The notes below the pieces were generated by a model. That model searched no databases, was not told where the DNA came from, and worked only from the letters and a program-made list of their open reading frames with translations. Made by a program: the position numbers and the translations under genes. Of a stretch of 64,000 bases of DNA, positions 13,061 through 27,216 are shown piece after piece. Source of the DNA: Chiloscyllium plagiosum (Eukaryota); NCBI RefSeq assembly GCF_004010195.1, contig NC_057752.1, positions 98,956 through 162,955 of the forward strand, read 5' to 3'. How positions within the stretch are numbered: the stretch's first letter is position 1; the number at the start of each line of letters is the position of its first letter.

Positions 13061-13879
13061 GGGTATGTACCCTGCTTGTCCCCATGGACTTGCTATCCTC
13101 TAACTCTGAAAACTGTTGCCCTTAGATTACCTTTAGCCCTTTTGCTCATTTGCAAGCAAATCATGACTCACAGAGCTGTCTGTCCAGAGTCTGTTGTCCA
13201 TCATCACCATTGCTACCTCAGACGAGGGAAAGCATGCATCCCAAAACACTATTTCAGTGACCTCATTGGGGGGTCATGACCCACCATTGAGGACAACCAC
13301 CCGATGAAGGAGCAGCGCTCCGAAAGCTAGTGCTTCCAAATAAACCTGTTGGACTACAACTGGTGTTGCGTGATTTTTAACTTTGTACACCCCAGTCCAA
13401 CACCAACACCTCCAAATTATTTATTTGAAGTTGTTTTCTCGATGAAAATGGAATTTTTTTCTAAAAGTATTTTGAAAAAACTTAGAACTGTTTCAATTGT
13501 TTAAAACAAAACATGTTAATGGTGAAGAATGAGACATCACATTTTGCTACATTCCTGTACATTAATAGGTGTGCTCCATAGTATGAAAAAACATCAGTGC
13601 CACACATGGTACCCCTCTTCAGTAACCATTCTTCTGGTGTAGACCTAAACAGTGAATAACAGCAGATTGTTTCAATCACAAAGGGCATCATAACCAAGCC
13701 CAATATTGTTTCCTGGTCTCCACACATTTCGGTGGCAACTGCTGGATAGCAAACAAGCATGGGAACCATCTATGGTCTTCCCCTCTCTATTGAGGCCAAC
13801 TACAAAGTTTTCATTGCCACTCCAGCTACCTCAGAAAAGACCAGGAAATGAATCAAGTATTTTTTAGTAGGAATATGGC

Positions 13880-16520
13880 TAATTGGGGTAGGGTGGATGG
13901 GGAACATTCAATTGGAAGGGAGCTTAAAAGTCAAAGAGGCGCAGGGCAGTGAAGAGGTGAATAATAAATCCAAGTGCAACAGGAAGGGGTAGAAAATACA
14001 GGCAGAAGAATGCAGCAGAAATTAGAACCAGAATAAGTAACAATGGTAAAATTAGAAAGCTTAAGATTCTTTATGCAAATGTACGCAGCATTTGTAACAA
14101 GATAAATGAGTTGACGGCACAAACAGAAATAAATAAATGATTTGACAGCTTTAAAGAAGTGATTGTAGGGTGACTAAAACTGGGACCTCAATATTCAAGG
14201 ATTTTCACTTTCCAAAAGAATAGGAAAAAAGGAAAAGGAGGTGGGATAGAGTTGTTAATAAAGAAAGGGTGGTGGCGAGCAGTGATCCAGATGCAATGAG
14301 TGGAACCAGTTTGGACAGAAATAAGAAATGGCAAAGGAAAGATGTCACAGGTGGCAATCGTCTATAAGCCCCTGAAGAGCAGCTTTACTCTAGGACAAAG
14401 TATAAATTGAGAAATGATGGAGATGAACAAGAAGAGCACTACAATTATCATGGGTAATTTTAATCTCCATATTGACTGAACAAATCAGGTGGGCAAGAGT
14501 AACATGGAAGAGGAACTTCTAAAGTGCATCTAAGCTTCTTTGTTAGGGCAGTGCATTGCACAATCTACCCAGGCACAGGCTATTTTGGATCTACTAATGT
14601 ATAATGAGATCGTTAAAGATGCTCTACAGGGTAGCAATCACACATGGTAGAATTTTCCACTTAGTTTGATGGACAGTATTTGGGTCTCAAACCAGTGTCC
14701 TCAACTTAAATAAGAACCATTAGAGAGGTATTAAGAAAGTGTTGTCTAAATCAGACCAGGAAAATAGACTAACAGGAAAGTAGTGGATTAGCAGTGGCAG
14801 ACATTTATATAGGTATTTCATAACACTCAGCAAAAATTTATTCCAGTCAAAAAGAAAGATTTGATGAGAAGGATGAACAACTGGTGATTAACAAAAGCCG
14901 GTCAAAGAGAATATCCAATCAAAATTAAAGCAAGTAAAGCAGCAAAACCTAGTGGTAGACCAGAGGATTTGGACTGCTTTGGAAACCAGTGGCAGATGAC
15001 TAAAACTAATAAAGTGAGAGAAAACTGATTCTACAAGAAAATTGGCATGAAATATAAAAACAAACAGCAAGAGTTTCTACAGGTATAAAGAAAGAAAGTA
15101 GCTAAAGTAAATGTGGTACCCTTGGAGGATGCAACTGGGGAATTAATAACAAAGATGGGAAAGGGCAGATAATTCAAACCAATAAATTGCACTTGACTGC
15201 CTGCATCCTTGAAGTTAAGTGGCTGCAGAGATAGTGGAAGCATTCGTTCAAATCTTCCAGAAATCACTGGATTCTGGGAGAGTTCCAGCAGATTGTAAAA
15301 CTGCTAATGTGATTCCCCTGTTCAAAAAGGGAGGGAAATAGAAAAGGAGGAAATTATGGGTTAACATCTATTGTTGGGAAAATACTAGAATTCATTAAGA
15401 AATAGCAGGACATATAGAAAAGCTCAACAAAATCTAAAAGAGTCAACATGGTTAAAGCAAAATAATGCTTGACAAATTTGCTAGAATTCTTTGAGGAAAT
15501 AAGAAGCAAAGTTGAAAGGGGGGAACCAGTAGATAGGATTACTGGGTCTTTTTCAGGTAGGAAATATGTAATTAGTGAAGTGCCACACGGATCAGTCCTT
15601 GGGCCTCTATTTGCTATCTATATTAATAACAGTGTGCAATGTATCCAAATTTAATGATCATAGAATCCCTACAGAGCAGCTAGAGGTCATCCCAGCCTAT
15701 CAGGTCTGCACTGACCATCCAAAGAGCATCCCACCCACGATGCAGAGGCCTTAGAGAGGGCGCAAAAGAGGTTTACCAAGATGTTGTCTGGATTGGAGTC
15801 TATCAGCTAGAAAGAGAGATTGGACAAGATTTGGATTGTTTTCAACAGAGCATCATTAAGGAGCAACCTGATAGAAATATATAAAATTCTGAGAGGCATG
15901 GTTGGGATGAACAGTCTTTTTCTCAGGGTAGAAATGTCAAATACGTGGGGGCATAGGTTTGAGGTGAGGGGGGAAAAAGGTCATGTGCAAGGAATGTTTA
16001 TTTTTAAGAGAGTGGTAGGTGCTTGGAACACGCTGCCAGGAAAGTTGGTTGAAGCAGATACAATAGCAACATTAAGAGACTTTTAAACAGACACACGAAC
16101 AGAGAATGAACAGATGGAATTAATTTAGAATGGCATTATGGTGGCACACTCGTGGTGAGCCGAAGGGCCTGTTCCTGTGCTGTACTGTACTGTTCTAAGT
16201 TTCCACTAGTGAGGCAATCTCAAACAAGATGACAGTTATAGAATAACAGTATGTTTATTTAAAGCTGATTTGCAAAGTAATTTCTTCTCCTAGAGGGTAG
16301 TGAGAATGCGGACTTGTCTACCCCAAAAGAGTTGTGGAGGCTAGATCACTGAAATAATTTACAGGAGATAGATGCATTTTTAAAATATTGGGGAGATGAG
16401 GGCTATGAGGAGCTGGCATGGAAGAGTTGAGGTCTAGACAGATCAGCCACGAGCTTATAGAATGGTGGGGCAGGCTTGAGGGGCCGAAAGACCTACTCCT
16501 GTTCCTGTTTCTCATGTTCG
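13880..16520 (+). mobile_element. Old CR1 ORF2 remnant with nested younger CR1/SINE pieces (~15655-16200)
   Basis: YANVRSI, GGG, GNFN, LTNLLEFFEE, VPHGSVLGP motifs; CR1 3'UTR at 16400-16520. Confidence 0.8.
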
Positions 16521-16757
16521 GCTCACTAACATTGCCTTTACTGAGTGGATCATCAGGGAAGCTGATTAATATTCTTCCCAAAAAGTAGATTTATTTTTTA
16601 AATAAAAGAAGTTCATCTAGCAACATCTTTCCAAATAAAGGTACTAAACAATAATAACTTCCAGCATGATGTGTGTTCCATCCTATACCAAAACATTTAT
16701 TCATTTAAGGTCACAAGTAAACGCACTATTTAATTACAGGTACAGATTTGTTTTTAC

Positions 16758-16854
16758 CTGATTTCTCAGTTTTGTTTTGGGATTCGGCGCATATCCAATA
16801 AACCCAACTTTCTTCATAGTACGCAGTATCTCAAGATCGACAGGTGGAGCTCGT
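16758..16854 (-). CDS. PAN2: PAN2 coding exon 7 (linker region)
   Basis: (R)RAPPVDLEILRTMKKVGFIGYAPNPKTKLRNQ; acceptor TTTTGTTTCAG, donor CAG|GTAAAA; 97 nt. Confidence 0.95.
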
Positions 16855-17649
16855 CTGAAACAAAATAATCACAAGGGTAATTAATCTAAAACAGATTAAA
16901 GGGTCATTTTTAGTTACTGGAGAATTGCAAGACCTCCAAAAGTGAACTATGTCTCTCAAAGAAGATTGAGTACATTGGGACATTCTGTAATACCAGACTA
17001 TTAATATATTTCTGCTTGCTTTATTCTTCTTTCCAGAAATTATATAATCATAAATTGTATATCTACTGTACTGTAGCAATTTCATGTCACAAAGAATATG
17101 CAAATAGTTTAACTTCCCCTATCATTATGCTCATCCAAATGTAAAACATGAACAAGTAACCAGGAAATAATAGGAGTCAAATAAGATGATCTGATACAGC
17201 ATTGGCCACACCGTAAGATTTGAGTGTTGCAAATGGGAAATCCAGGTCTTGTGTGTAACTTTATAATAGCATTCGCATAAACCACAGTAAGACTGCATTA
17301 TCAGAACCAAATCAATTCTAAGATACTTCATTCCCTCACGCAATTCCAACATTCGGTATCAAATTTAAGAAGAGATTGAACATATCTCTTCACGGCCCTG
17401 CACGTTTGGGTACAAACAAGTTTTTCCACTGTGACAGACTACAGCTTCATCCACAATTCTGCAGCTGTATTTCTGATCTAACAGGTCAAGGAGAGGTGAG
17501 GGTAATGTTATCAACTTTTCTTGATCACAAGCAGGGAATTCACAAAAGTGTACTCTCATATTTCCTAATTATGGGTTACATAACAATGGAGACTAAGAGT
17601 AAATTAGTGCCAGGCTGTTCTTTAAGAATAAGGCACATGGTTGAAAATA

Positions 17650-17863
17650 GGAGAAAGTGAGGACTGCAGATGCTGGAGATCAGAGTTGAGAGTGTGGTGC
17701 TGGAAAAGCACAGCAGATCGGGCAGCATCCAAGGAACAGCAGAATCGACATTTTGGGCACAAGCTTCCCGATTTCTGATGAAGGGCTTATGCCCGAAACG
17801 TTGATCCTCCTGCTTCTTAGATGCTGCCTGACCTGCTGTGCTTTTCCAGCACCACACTCTTGA
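17650..17863. mobile_element. Fold-back PLE terminal-repeat insertion with TSD
   Basis: Inverted arms; ATGGTTGAAAATA at 17637-17649 and 17867-17879. Confidence 0.88.
17771..17806 (+). ncRNA. Minimal hammerhead motif (family A)
   Basis: CTGATGA A GGGC-TTAT-GCCC GAAA CG TT GA. Confidence 0.65.
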
Positions 17864-18440
17864 CATATGGTTGAAAATACCCAAAAAGGAATGGTAAGCA
17901 CAATTAGAATAAGAAATCAATGTATGCTGTTCAACATTACCTCAATTCATGATCTATCAGGTAATACCAGTGACTAACACTTAGAGGGACAACAAAGAAT
18001 TTAGTGCATGTTGTTGGTTAAGAAAGTCATGCAAGTAAGTCAATTTGAGAATTATTCATTATATGTGACGGTCTCCGATGTTACTATCTAAATTGAGGAG
18101 ACTGGTATCGCCTGTAAATAGATAAAACACGAGAAATAGAAGCAAATGTAGGAGAGAGGAGTCAAATGATTAGTGTCAAATCGCACTAGTGGCATCCACT
18201 TAGAGAAATAAAGAATATTATCAATGAAAGGAATGGGACTTTAGTTGGAAGTTATTAACATGAGGGATTGCTGAGAAGTTAACATAAGGGAAGTGAGCAT
18301 CCAAAGTTAAATGTGGTGGAAAAATAGCAATGCATTGAATGTACTTTTGCTGTTAAAAACATCTAATTGGTTTGAGAAAACTTGCATTCGTGTGCTTCAG
18401 TGCGCATTTTACAAGTGTCCAGCGATAAACTTTCAGTTAC

Positions 18441-18783
18441 CTGGGTGTAACACTACAGTTTGCTGTTGGCCAGTCAGACAATAGAGATTCAGTAATAAGA
18501 GGGACAGGAATGAGCGATAAAGGCAAAAGATCATCGTTCCAATCTAGATGTGGTAGAGTATCTACCATACATGGCATTGGAAACTCAGTCTCACGAGAAT
18601 AGGCATTAAACGTAGCATCTGGTGAGTCTGCCCATAGATGTACACATCCTCCAGAGTCTCCAAACACCAAAGCTTGCTTGCTAGAAGATACATCAAATGT
18701 CATGACTAATTGTCCTACAGTGTTAATGTGGAAAATATCTGCTGGGCTTGCAAGGCCTGTTGGTTCACAAAATTGGCATTGCC
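18441..18783 (-). CDS. PAN2: PAN2 coding exon 6
   Basis: (G)QCQFCEPTGLASPADIFH...LLSDWPTANCSVTP(R); acceptor TTCTTTTCCAG, donor CAG|GTAACT; 343 nt. Confidence 0.96.
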
Positions 18784-19789
18784 CTGGAAAAGAACAAATG
18801 GAGAACAAAGATAACTAGAACAAACTGGCTTGAACAAGATCTTTTGCCAGACATACTAGCATGCTGGCTGTTTTAAGTCCACACTCCATATACTACATAA
18901 CTCACGAATAGTTTCTACAACAGTGGCATTTGCCAGAAGTGGTTTGTGTTAGGACACAGTCAGCTTTAGGATTAAAGAGGAAATCTGGAAGCTTGTCAGA
19001 TTCCAGACAGCACATTGCAAGACATTCACCATATCAAATCTAAACAGTAGTGCTCTAGTCTACCATAAATATCAAGTATGTTGAAGCCTTTAATACATTC
19101 CCAAAGATTTTCTAGGTTACAGCACAAACAACTTCAAATGTTAACATTTCACCCTTTCATACTTTTGTGATTTTTGCTGCTGGTTTATTGTGGTTATCTT
19201 TCTTTTAACATTGCCACATCATCGCTATTATCGATCTCAATTTCATCAAGTATCTGAATTTTATTTTAAATTAATCCCACACAGAGCTAGACGAGCAGAA
19301 ACAAATTTTTACTAAAAATAGAATTCAACAGAAAAACATAGCACTGGCTAAATGAAAATAAAACATGTAGTAAACATTAAAAACTGTTTGGAGCGAGGCT
19401 TCAGTCATTTATGGCTGTGTTTAATTATTTGCAGTAACTGAAGTAATAGTTTGAAATAACATGTAAAAACTCTGGCATGAATCCATCATGCATGCAAATT
19501 TATGTCATACTTTTTTTGAAGCGAATAATGAATTCCTTTCCTGCTGATTTCTTCATTTTGGGGAAAAACTGGGGAAGTACAAGGTTTGCAAACCAAAACA
19601 AATTTTCCCTAACAATTAACCTCGAGCTGATCCTGCAGCAGTAGATTAATGTCCAGGACCTTACATGGCATAATAATCCTGTCATTTTGGGACAGCATAT
19701 TGTCCAACACACCACAAGCATTATCATATCTGTTAATAAAGTTTATAGACATAAATGCTCTGTAAAAACGCTGGCCTTTTGAGTTGTAC

Positions 19790-20057
19790 CTGATTGAGAG
19801 ATGATGGCCAGTCTTGATGTGTATGTAGGAATAAATCTCAGGAACAGAGGATCCACGTGAACCTGCAACGGGCTGATTGCCCGCATCATACGGAGATCAT
19901 ACACCATCAAGAATCTGTCACATGACAAGCCATTCATTCGATTTGAAAAGCCACATGTTACCAATAGGTTTCCATGTACATCAAAATCAGAGAGGCTTCC
20001 AGAGTAAGCATCAAATTCATGCTCCATTTTAAAACTTCTCAAATCTCGGAGGGATAC
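19790..20057 (-). CDS. PAN2: PAN2 coding exon 5
   Basis: VSLRDLRSFKMEHEFDAYSGSLSDFDVHGNLL...RFIPTYTSRLAIISQS(G); acceptor TGTCTTTTAG, donor CAG|GTACAA; 268 nt. Confidence 0.96.
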
Positions 20058-21591
20058 CTAAAAGACAAGGATAATTACAACGCACAAAAAGCAAGTTGCA
20101 TTGTTTACCTCAATGATTCATCGAATAAACCCGCTGCCACTATGGTACTATCATAATCTAGGAAAATTCCATGTTCAATTCTTGCCACAGAGCAGGAGGG
20201 ATACTCCAAATTAGTCTCACCATTTGTGGGTTGCCGGGGGAAAGGTGGGAGTGGGGAAATAATATATCTAGGGCACCCTAACCACTATCCAATAATCTCT
20301 ACTCGAAGTATGCACATATTGTTGAAACTGGAACACAGAATTAGACTCAGCTGTAATGCTTCCTTCCCATCAATCTGCTAACACTCAGGACTTCAGCTCA
20401 AACAGAAGAATGGCCACAGGTGGGGTGACCACATCCTTAAACCACCTTGAGAAGGGGAGAAAGAGGGGAAATTTGGGAAGAAAACAAGTTAAACTTGATC
20501 AACCATTATGGTCTTTGTGGGAGATTAGCTATCAATTCCAACAGTTGACACCACTAATTTGTTCTTCCTATTTTCTTACAACTATTTCAGTTCTGCTTCT
20601 GCTGTAAAATTCTAAAAAAGTCTCACTTCTCCATTGGTGGCTATAACCACTTGCCCTGAATGTTTACGTGATTTTGGAGCTGCTACCTCACTCAATTATT
20701 TCAAATTATAAAATCACAAAATTAAATGAGACTCAACTCAAAAAATACTAAAGTTACATTTGCTTCCGAAAAGTGTTTCAAACGAGCACTGAGGGAGGGG
20801 GGATAGGGTGGAGATGAATCCAGCAGGGATTTTCCATTCATTTCGATGTAAGATGTGCATCGGATCAGTTGCAATGCCCCCTTCACTAATTAAGAAGCAT
20901 AATGGGAGGCAGATTAGAAAAAGTCTTTTAATGTACTTTCAAGCAAACAAGCACAAGATGGAGACTCATAACATACCCCAATAGTGCTTTAATTAGCATT
21001 CTGGCCATTACGGAGGGACACAAATTTTGTTTTTAGTTAAATTTGTGTGTTCAAAGAGGAATATGTCAGTACTGGGGAATTCTTTCCATTTCAGGCAACA
21101 AGCATTAACAGTTCAGGGATAATGCAGCCAGATCAGAGTAAGTCTTCCTCTATTCAGCCCCAAACCAAGAACTGTGCTCCTGATTGAACCAATGTAAATT
21201 TTTCATATCGCAGACAAGCAATCCTGTGGTCTCTGCTTGAGATGCCAAATATTGTGCAACATCCATAGTCTTATTGCCATTAGGAATTGGACCGACTCTA
21301 TCCAAACTGGTTAGGCAGTACCCTTAAAGCCAGCAAAAACGACCGTATTCTGAAACTGGGCTGGTTTTAAACCCAGAACCCAAAAGGTAAAAGACTAGTG
21401 ATGAATCAACAGCATTATCCACTTCCCAATTTTCCAAATTCAATTCTTGGTGAGTGTTGAATTCGCTGAGAAAGAACAGCAATAGCAAGACAGCTAAATG
21501 CTTTCCTAGGTAAAAACACAAATTTGTTCAATACTTAAACAGAGCAATCTTTTTGACTTTCCAATAAAATTTACATCGAAGTTATCCGAGG

Positions 21592-22993
21592 AAGGTTTCT
21601 TATGGCAGACTGGTTAGCAAGGTTAAATCACATGGAATACAGGGAGAACTAGCCATTTGGATACAGAACTGGCTTGAACTTAGAAGACAGAGTATGGTGG
21701 TGGAGGATTGCTTTTCAGACTGGAGACCAGTAACCAGTGGTGTGCCACAAGGATCGGTGCTGGGTCCACTGCTTTTCATCATTTATATAAATGATTTCGA
21801 TGTATAGTTAGTAAGTTTGCAGGTGACACCAAAATTGGAGATGTAGTGGACAGCAAAGAAGTTACCACAGTGTACAATGGGCTGAGGAGTGGCACATGGA
21901 GTTTAATTTAGATAAATGTGAGGTGCCACATTTTGGAAAGGTGAATCAGAGCAGGACTTATACATTTAATGGTAAGGTCCTGGGGAATGTTGCTGAACAA
22001 AGAGACCTTGGACTGCAGGTTCATAGTTGCTTGAAAGTGGAGTCACAGGTAGATAGGATAGTGAAGGCGGCCTTTATTGGTCAGAGCATTGAGTATATGA
22101 GTTGGGAAGTCATATTGCGGCTGTACAGGACATTGGTTAGGCCACTTTTGGAATAGTGTGTTCAATTCTGTATTCCCTCCTATAGGAAGGATGTTGTGAA
22201 ACTTGAAAGGCTTCAGCAAAGATTTACAAGGATATTGCCTGGGTTGGAGGATTTGAGCTCCAGGGAGAGACTGAATAGGCTGGGGCTGTTTTCCCTAGAG
22301 CGTCAGGCTGACGGGTGGCCTTATAGAAGTTTATAAAATCATGAGGGGCACAGATAGGGTAAATAGACAAGGTCTTTCCCTAGGATGGGAGAGTCCAGAA
22401 CTAGAGGACATAGGTTTAGGGTGAGAGAGGAAAGATACAAAAGGGACCTAAGGGACAACTTTTTCCACACAGAGCTGTCAGAGGAAATAGTGGAGGCTGG
22501 AACAATAACAACATTTAAAAGGCATCTGGATGGGTAAAAGAATAGATTAGATTAGATTACTTACAGTGTGGAAACAGGCCCTTCAGCCCAACAAGTCCAC
22601 ACCGACCCGCCGAAGCGCAACCCACCCATACCCCTACATTTACCCCTTACCTAACACTACGGGCAATTTAGCATGGCCAATTCACCTGACCTGCACATCT
22701 TTGGACTGTGGGAGGAAACCGGAGCACCCGGAGGAAACCCACGCAGACACAGGGAGAATGTGCAAACTCCACACAGTCAGTCGCCTGAGGCGGGTATTGA
22801 ACCCGGGTCTCTGGCGCTGTGAGGCAGCAGTGCTAACCACTGTGCCACCGTGCTGCCCACAGAATAGGAAGAGCTTCGAGGGATAAGGGCCAAGTGCTGG
22901 CAAATGGGGTTGGATTAATTTAGGATATCTGGTCAGCATGGACGAATTGGACCAAAGGATCTGTTTCTATGTTGTACATCTCTGTGACTCTGA
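21592..22993 (+). mobile_element. CR1 3' fragment interrupted by an HE1-type SINE
   Basis: MEFNLDKCEV...LYRTLVRPLLE (21896-22156); tail CTCTGTGACTCTGA. Confidence 0.9.
22546..22860 (-). mobile_element. HE1-type V-SINE, young full-length copy
   Basis: Near-identical to 3903-4221; flanked by AGAATAG direct repeats. Confidence 0.9.
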
Positions 22994-23099
22994 CAGCTCA
23001 CGTCTGATTTAGTTCAGCAGAACTTCCTGAACAACTCAATATTCGTAGGTAATCCCCACGCTACTGATTGCCGGATCCAAACTAAAATTTGGACTTAGG

Positions 23100-23887
23100 T
23101 AAACTGCAGAATTGGGCTGAGGTGTGGCAAATGGAGTTCAGTGCAGATAAATGTGACGTGATTCACTTTGGGAAGAATAACAGGAAGGCAGTCTACTGGG
23201 TCAATGGAAAGATTCTTGGTAGTGTGGATGTGCAGAGGATCTTGGTGCCCATGTACATAGATCCCTGAAAGTTGCCACCCAGGTTCCTAGTGCTGTTAAG
23301 GCAGCATACAACATGTTTGGTTTTATTGGTAGAGGGATCGAGTTCCAGATCAGCGATGTCATGCTGCAACTGTACAAACGTTAGTGCGCCTCACTTCAAA
23401 TATTGCGTACAGTTCTGGTCGCCCCATTACAGGAAGGATGTGGAAGCATTGGAAAAGGTACAGAGGAGATTTACCAGAATTTTGCCTGGTCTGGAGCAAA
23501 GGTCTTATGAGGAAAGGCTGAGGGACTTGGGTCTGTTCTCATTGAAGACAAGAAGGCTAAGAAGGGATTTGATAGAGACATACAAGATGATCAGAGAATT
23601 AGATAGGGTAGACAGTGAAACACTTTTTCCGAGGATGATGACGTCAGCTTGTACGAGGGGGCATAGCTGCAAATTGAGAGGTGATAGATTTAAGACAGAT
23701 GTCAGAGGCAGGTTCTTTACTCAGAGTGGTAAGGGCATGGAATGCCCTACCTGCCAATGTAGTTAACTCAGCCACATTAGGGAGATTTAACAATCCTTCG
23801 ATAAGCACATGGGTGGGCTTAGACTAGTTCACAGGTCGGCGCAACATCGAGGGCCAAAGGGCCTGTTCTGCGCTGTATTGTTCTATG
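23100..23887 (+). mobile_element. CR1 3' fragment
   Basis: YCVQFWSPHYRKDVEALEKVQRRFTR...RRLRRDLIETYK (23272-23766). Confidence 0.9.
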
Positions 23888-24032
23888 CTCATGTGGACAG
23901 AGGGCTCTGAAATTAATTACTAACAAAGGCCACTGAAACATATAGCTTCAACAAGTTGAATTTATTAATGGAGTGAAAAGGGATTGCGGGATATACCGAA
24001 ATGATGGGAATAATGTGTGTTTGGCCTAGCAT

Positions 24033-27000
24033 CATAGAACATTACAGCGCAGTACAGGCCCTCCTCCTCCCCTCCCCTCCCCTCCATCCTCCACCACCCC
24101 CTCCATGTTGTGTTGACATGTGAAACCAATCTGAAGCCCATCTAACTCTCACTATTCAATTTTCATCCACATGTTTATCCAATGACCATTTAAATGCCCT
24201 TAAAGTTGGCAAGTCTACTACTGTTGCAGACAGTTCGTTCTCCACCCTTACTACTGAGTAAAGAAACTACCTCTGACATGTGTCCTACATCTATCATCCC
24301 TCAATTTAAAGCTATGTCCCTTCGTGCTAGCCATCACCATCTGAGGAAATTGGCTCTCAATGTCCAACCTATCGAAACCTCTGATCAACTTGTATTTGTC
24401 TATTAAGTCGCCGCTCAATCTTCTTCTCCGTAATGAAGACAGCTTCAAGTCCCTCAGGCTTTCCTAGTAAGACCTTCCCTTCATACCAGGCAACATCCTG
24501 GTAAATCTCTTCTGCACCCTTTCCAATGTTTCCACACACTTCCTATAACACGGCCACCAGACCTGTACACAATACTCCAAGTGTGGCAGCACCAGAGTTT
24601 TGTACAGCTGCAACATGACCTCGTGGCTCCGAAACTCAATTCCTCTGCCAATAAAGGCTAACACACCATACACCTTCTTAACAACACTATCAACCAGGGC
24701 GGCAACTTTCAGGGATCTATGTACATGGACACAGAGATCTCTCTGTTCATCCACACTACCAAGAATCTTACCATTAGCCCAGTACTCTGCATTCCTGTTA
24801 CTCCGTCCAAAGTGAATCACCTCACAGTTCCCCGCATTTAACTTCATTTGCCACCTCTCGGCCCATCTCTGTAGCTTATCTTTGTCCCTCTGCAATCTGC
24901 AACATCCTTCCACACTGTCCACAACTCCACCGACTTTAGTGTCATCCGCAAATTTACTAAACCATCTTCTATGCCCTCATCCAGGTCATTTATAAAAATG
25001 ACAAACAGCAATGGCCCCAAAAAAGATCCTTGTGGTAAACGACTAGTAAATGAACTCCAGGATGAACATTTCCCATCAACCACCACACTCTGCCTTCTTA
25101 CAACTAGCCAATTACATATCCAAACTGCTAAATTGCCCTTAATCCTATGCCTCTATTTTCTGCAATAACCTACCATGGGGAACCTTATCAAACACTTGAC
25201 TGAAATCTGTATACACCACATCAACTGCTTTATCCTAATCCACCTGTTTGGTCACCTTCTCAAAAGAACTCAATAAGGTTAGTGAGGCACGACCTACCCT
25301 TCACAAAGCTATGTTGACTATCCCTAATCAAATTATTCCTCTCTCTAGATGATTATAAATCCTATACTTATAACCCTTTTCCAACACTTTACCCACAATC
25401 AAAGTAAAGCTCACTGGTCTATAATTACCAGGGTTGTCTCTATTCCCTTTCTTGAACAAGGGAACATTTGCTATCCTCCAGTCTTCTAACACTATTCCTG
25501 TAGACAATGGTGACAAAGATCAAAGCCAAAGGCTCTGCAAACTGCTCCTTAGCATCCCAGAGAATCCTAGGATAAATACCATCCAGCTCAGGGGACTTAT
25601 CTATTTTCACACTTTCCAGAATTGCTCACACTACCTCCTATGAACCTCAATCCTGTCTAGTTTAGTAGTTTGTATCTCAGTATTCTCCTCGACAGCATTG
25701 TCTTTTTTCATGTGAATACTGACGGAAAATATTCATTTAGCACCTCTCCTATCTTCTCGGACTCCATACACAATTTTTCACTACTGTCCTTGACTGGCCC
25801 TCATCTTGCCCTAGTCATTCTTTTATTCCTGATATACCTATAGAAAGCTTTCGGGTTTTCTTGATCCTACCTGCCAACGACTTCTCATGTTCCCTCCTGG
25901 CTCTTCTTCGCTGTTTCTTTGGGCTCTCCCTGGCAAAGTTGTAACTCTCAAGTGCCCTAACTGAGCCTTTACATCTCATCTTTACATGACCCTCCTTCTT
26001 CTTCTTGACAAGAAATTCAAGTTCTTTAGTAAACCACGGTTCCCTCACTTAACCACTTCCTCCCTGCCTGACCGGTACATACTTAACAAGGACATGCAGT
26101 AGCTGTTCCTTGAATAAGCTCCACATTTCAATTGTGCCCATCCCCTGCAGTTTCCTTCCCCAACCCATGCATCCTAAATCTCACTTAATTACATCATAAT
26201 TGCCTTTCCCCCAGCTATAACTCTTGCCCTGCGGTACATACCTGGCCCTTTCCATCACTAAAGTAACTGTAACCAAATTATAATCACTATCACCAAAGTG
26301 CTCACTTACCTCCAAATCTGGCCTGGTTCATTACCCAGTACCAAATCCAACGTGGCCTCACTTCTTGTTGGCTTGTCTATATACTGTATCAGGAAACTAT
26401 CCTGCACACATTGGACAAAATCTGACCCATCTAAAGTATTCGAACTATAGTATTTCCAGTCAATATTTGCAAAGTTAAAGACCCCCATAACAACTACCCT
26501 GTCAGCTTCACTCCTATTCAGAATCACCTTTCTACATCTCTGGAACTATTTGGAGGCCTATAGAAAACTCCCAACAGGGTGACCTTTCCTTTCCTCTTTC
26601 TAACCTCAGTAGACAGGTCATCATCAGACGTCCTTTCTGCCACCGTAATACTGTCCTTGACTAACAATGCCACACCTCCCCCTCTTTTACCACCTTCCTT
26701 GTTCTTACTGAAACATCGAAACCCAGGAACCTGCAACAACCATTCCTCTCTCTCCTCTATCCATGTCTCCAAAATGGCCACAACATTGAAGTCCCAGGTA
26801 CCAGATGGCCCTGGCGTTGAAGCAGACACACTTCAAACCACATTCCTGCCCGCCAGTACACTCTTGCGACCTTGAAACCTTACTTATGACCTCGCTACTC
26901 TCAACTTCCTATACACTGGAGCTACAATTCAGGTTTCCATCCCCCGCTAAATTATTTTAAACCCTCCCGAAGAGCATTAGCAAATATTCCCCCCAGGATA

Positions 27001-27085
27001 TTGGCACCCCTCTGGTTCAGGTGCAGATCATCCCGTTTGTAGAGGTCCCACCTACCCCAGAATGAGCCCAAATTATCCAGGTCCT
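24033..27085 (-). mobile_element. CR1 ORF2 remnant, same subfamily as 2172-5288
   Basis: Minus-strand APE (AILETW, GGGVAL) and RT ([27 protein letters not shown]) fragments, collinear with the 2.2-5.3 kb copy. Confidence 0.92.
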
Positions 27086-27138
27086 TAGTCTATTGCGACA
27101 AATTATTGTATTAAGTTCAATACATCCAGTATAAATAC

Positions 27139-27216
27139 CTTTCCTGATGTATGGCCACAAAAGAAGAAGCGGTTGGACTGTCGCATGATTGTAACTCCTG
27201 GAACTTCAACTGTGTA
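27139..27216 (-). CDS. PAN2: PAN2 coding exon 4
   Basis: YTVEVPGVTIMRQSNRFFFCGHTSGK; acceptor TTTCTCTTCCCAG, donor AAG|GTATTT; 78 nt. Confidence 0.95.

Noticed and set aside
27133..27138. U12-type intron at the exon-4 donor (GTATTT)
   Set aside because: Does not match the U12 consensus GTATCCTT; treated as an ordinary GT-AG intron.
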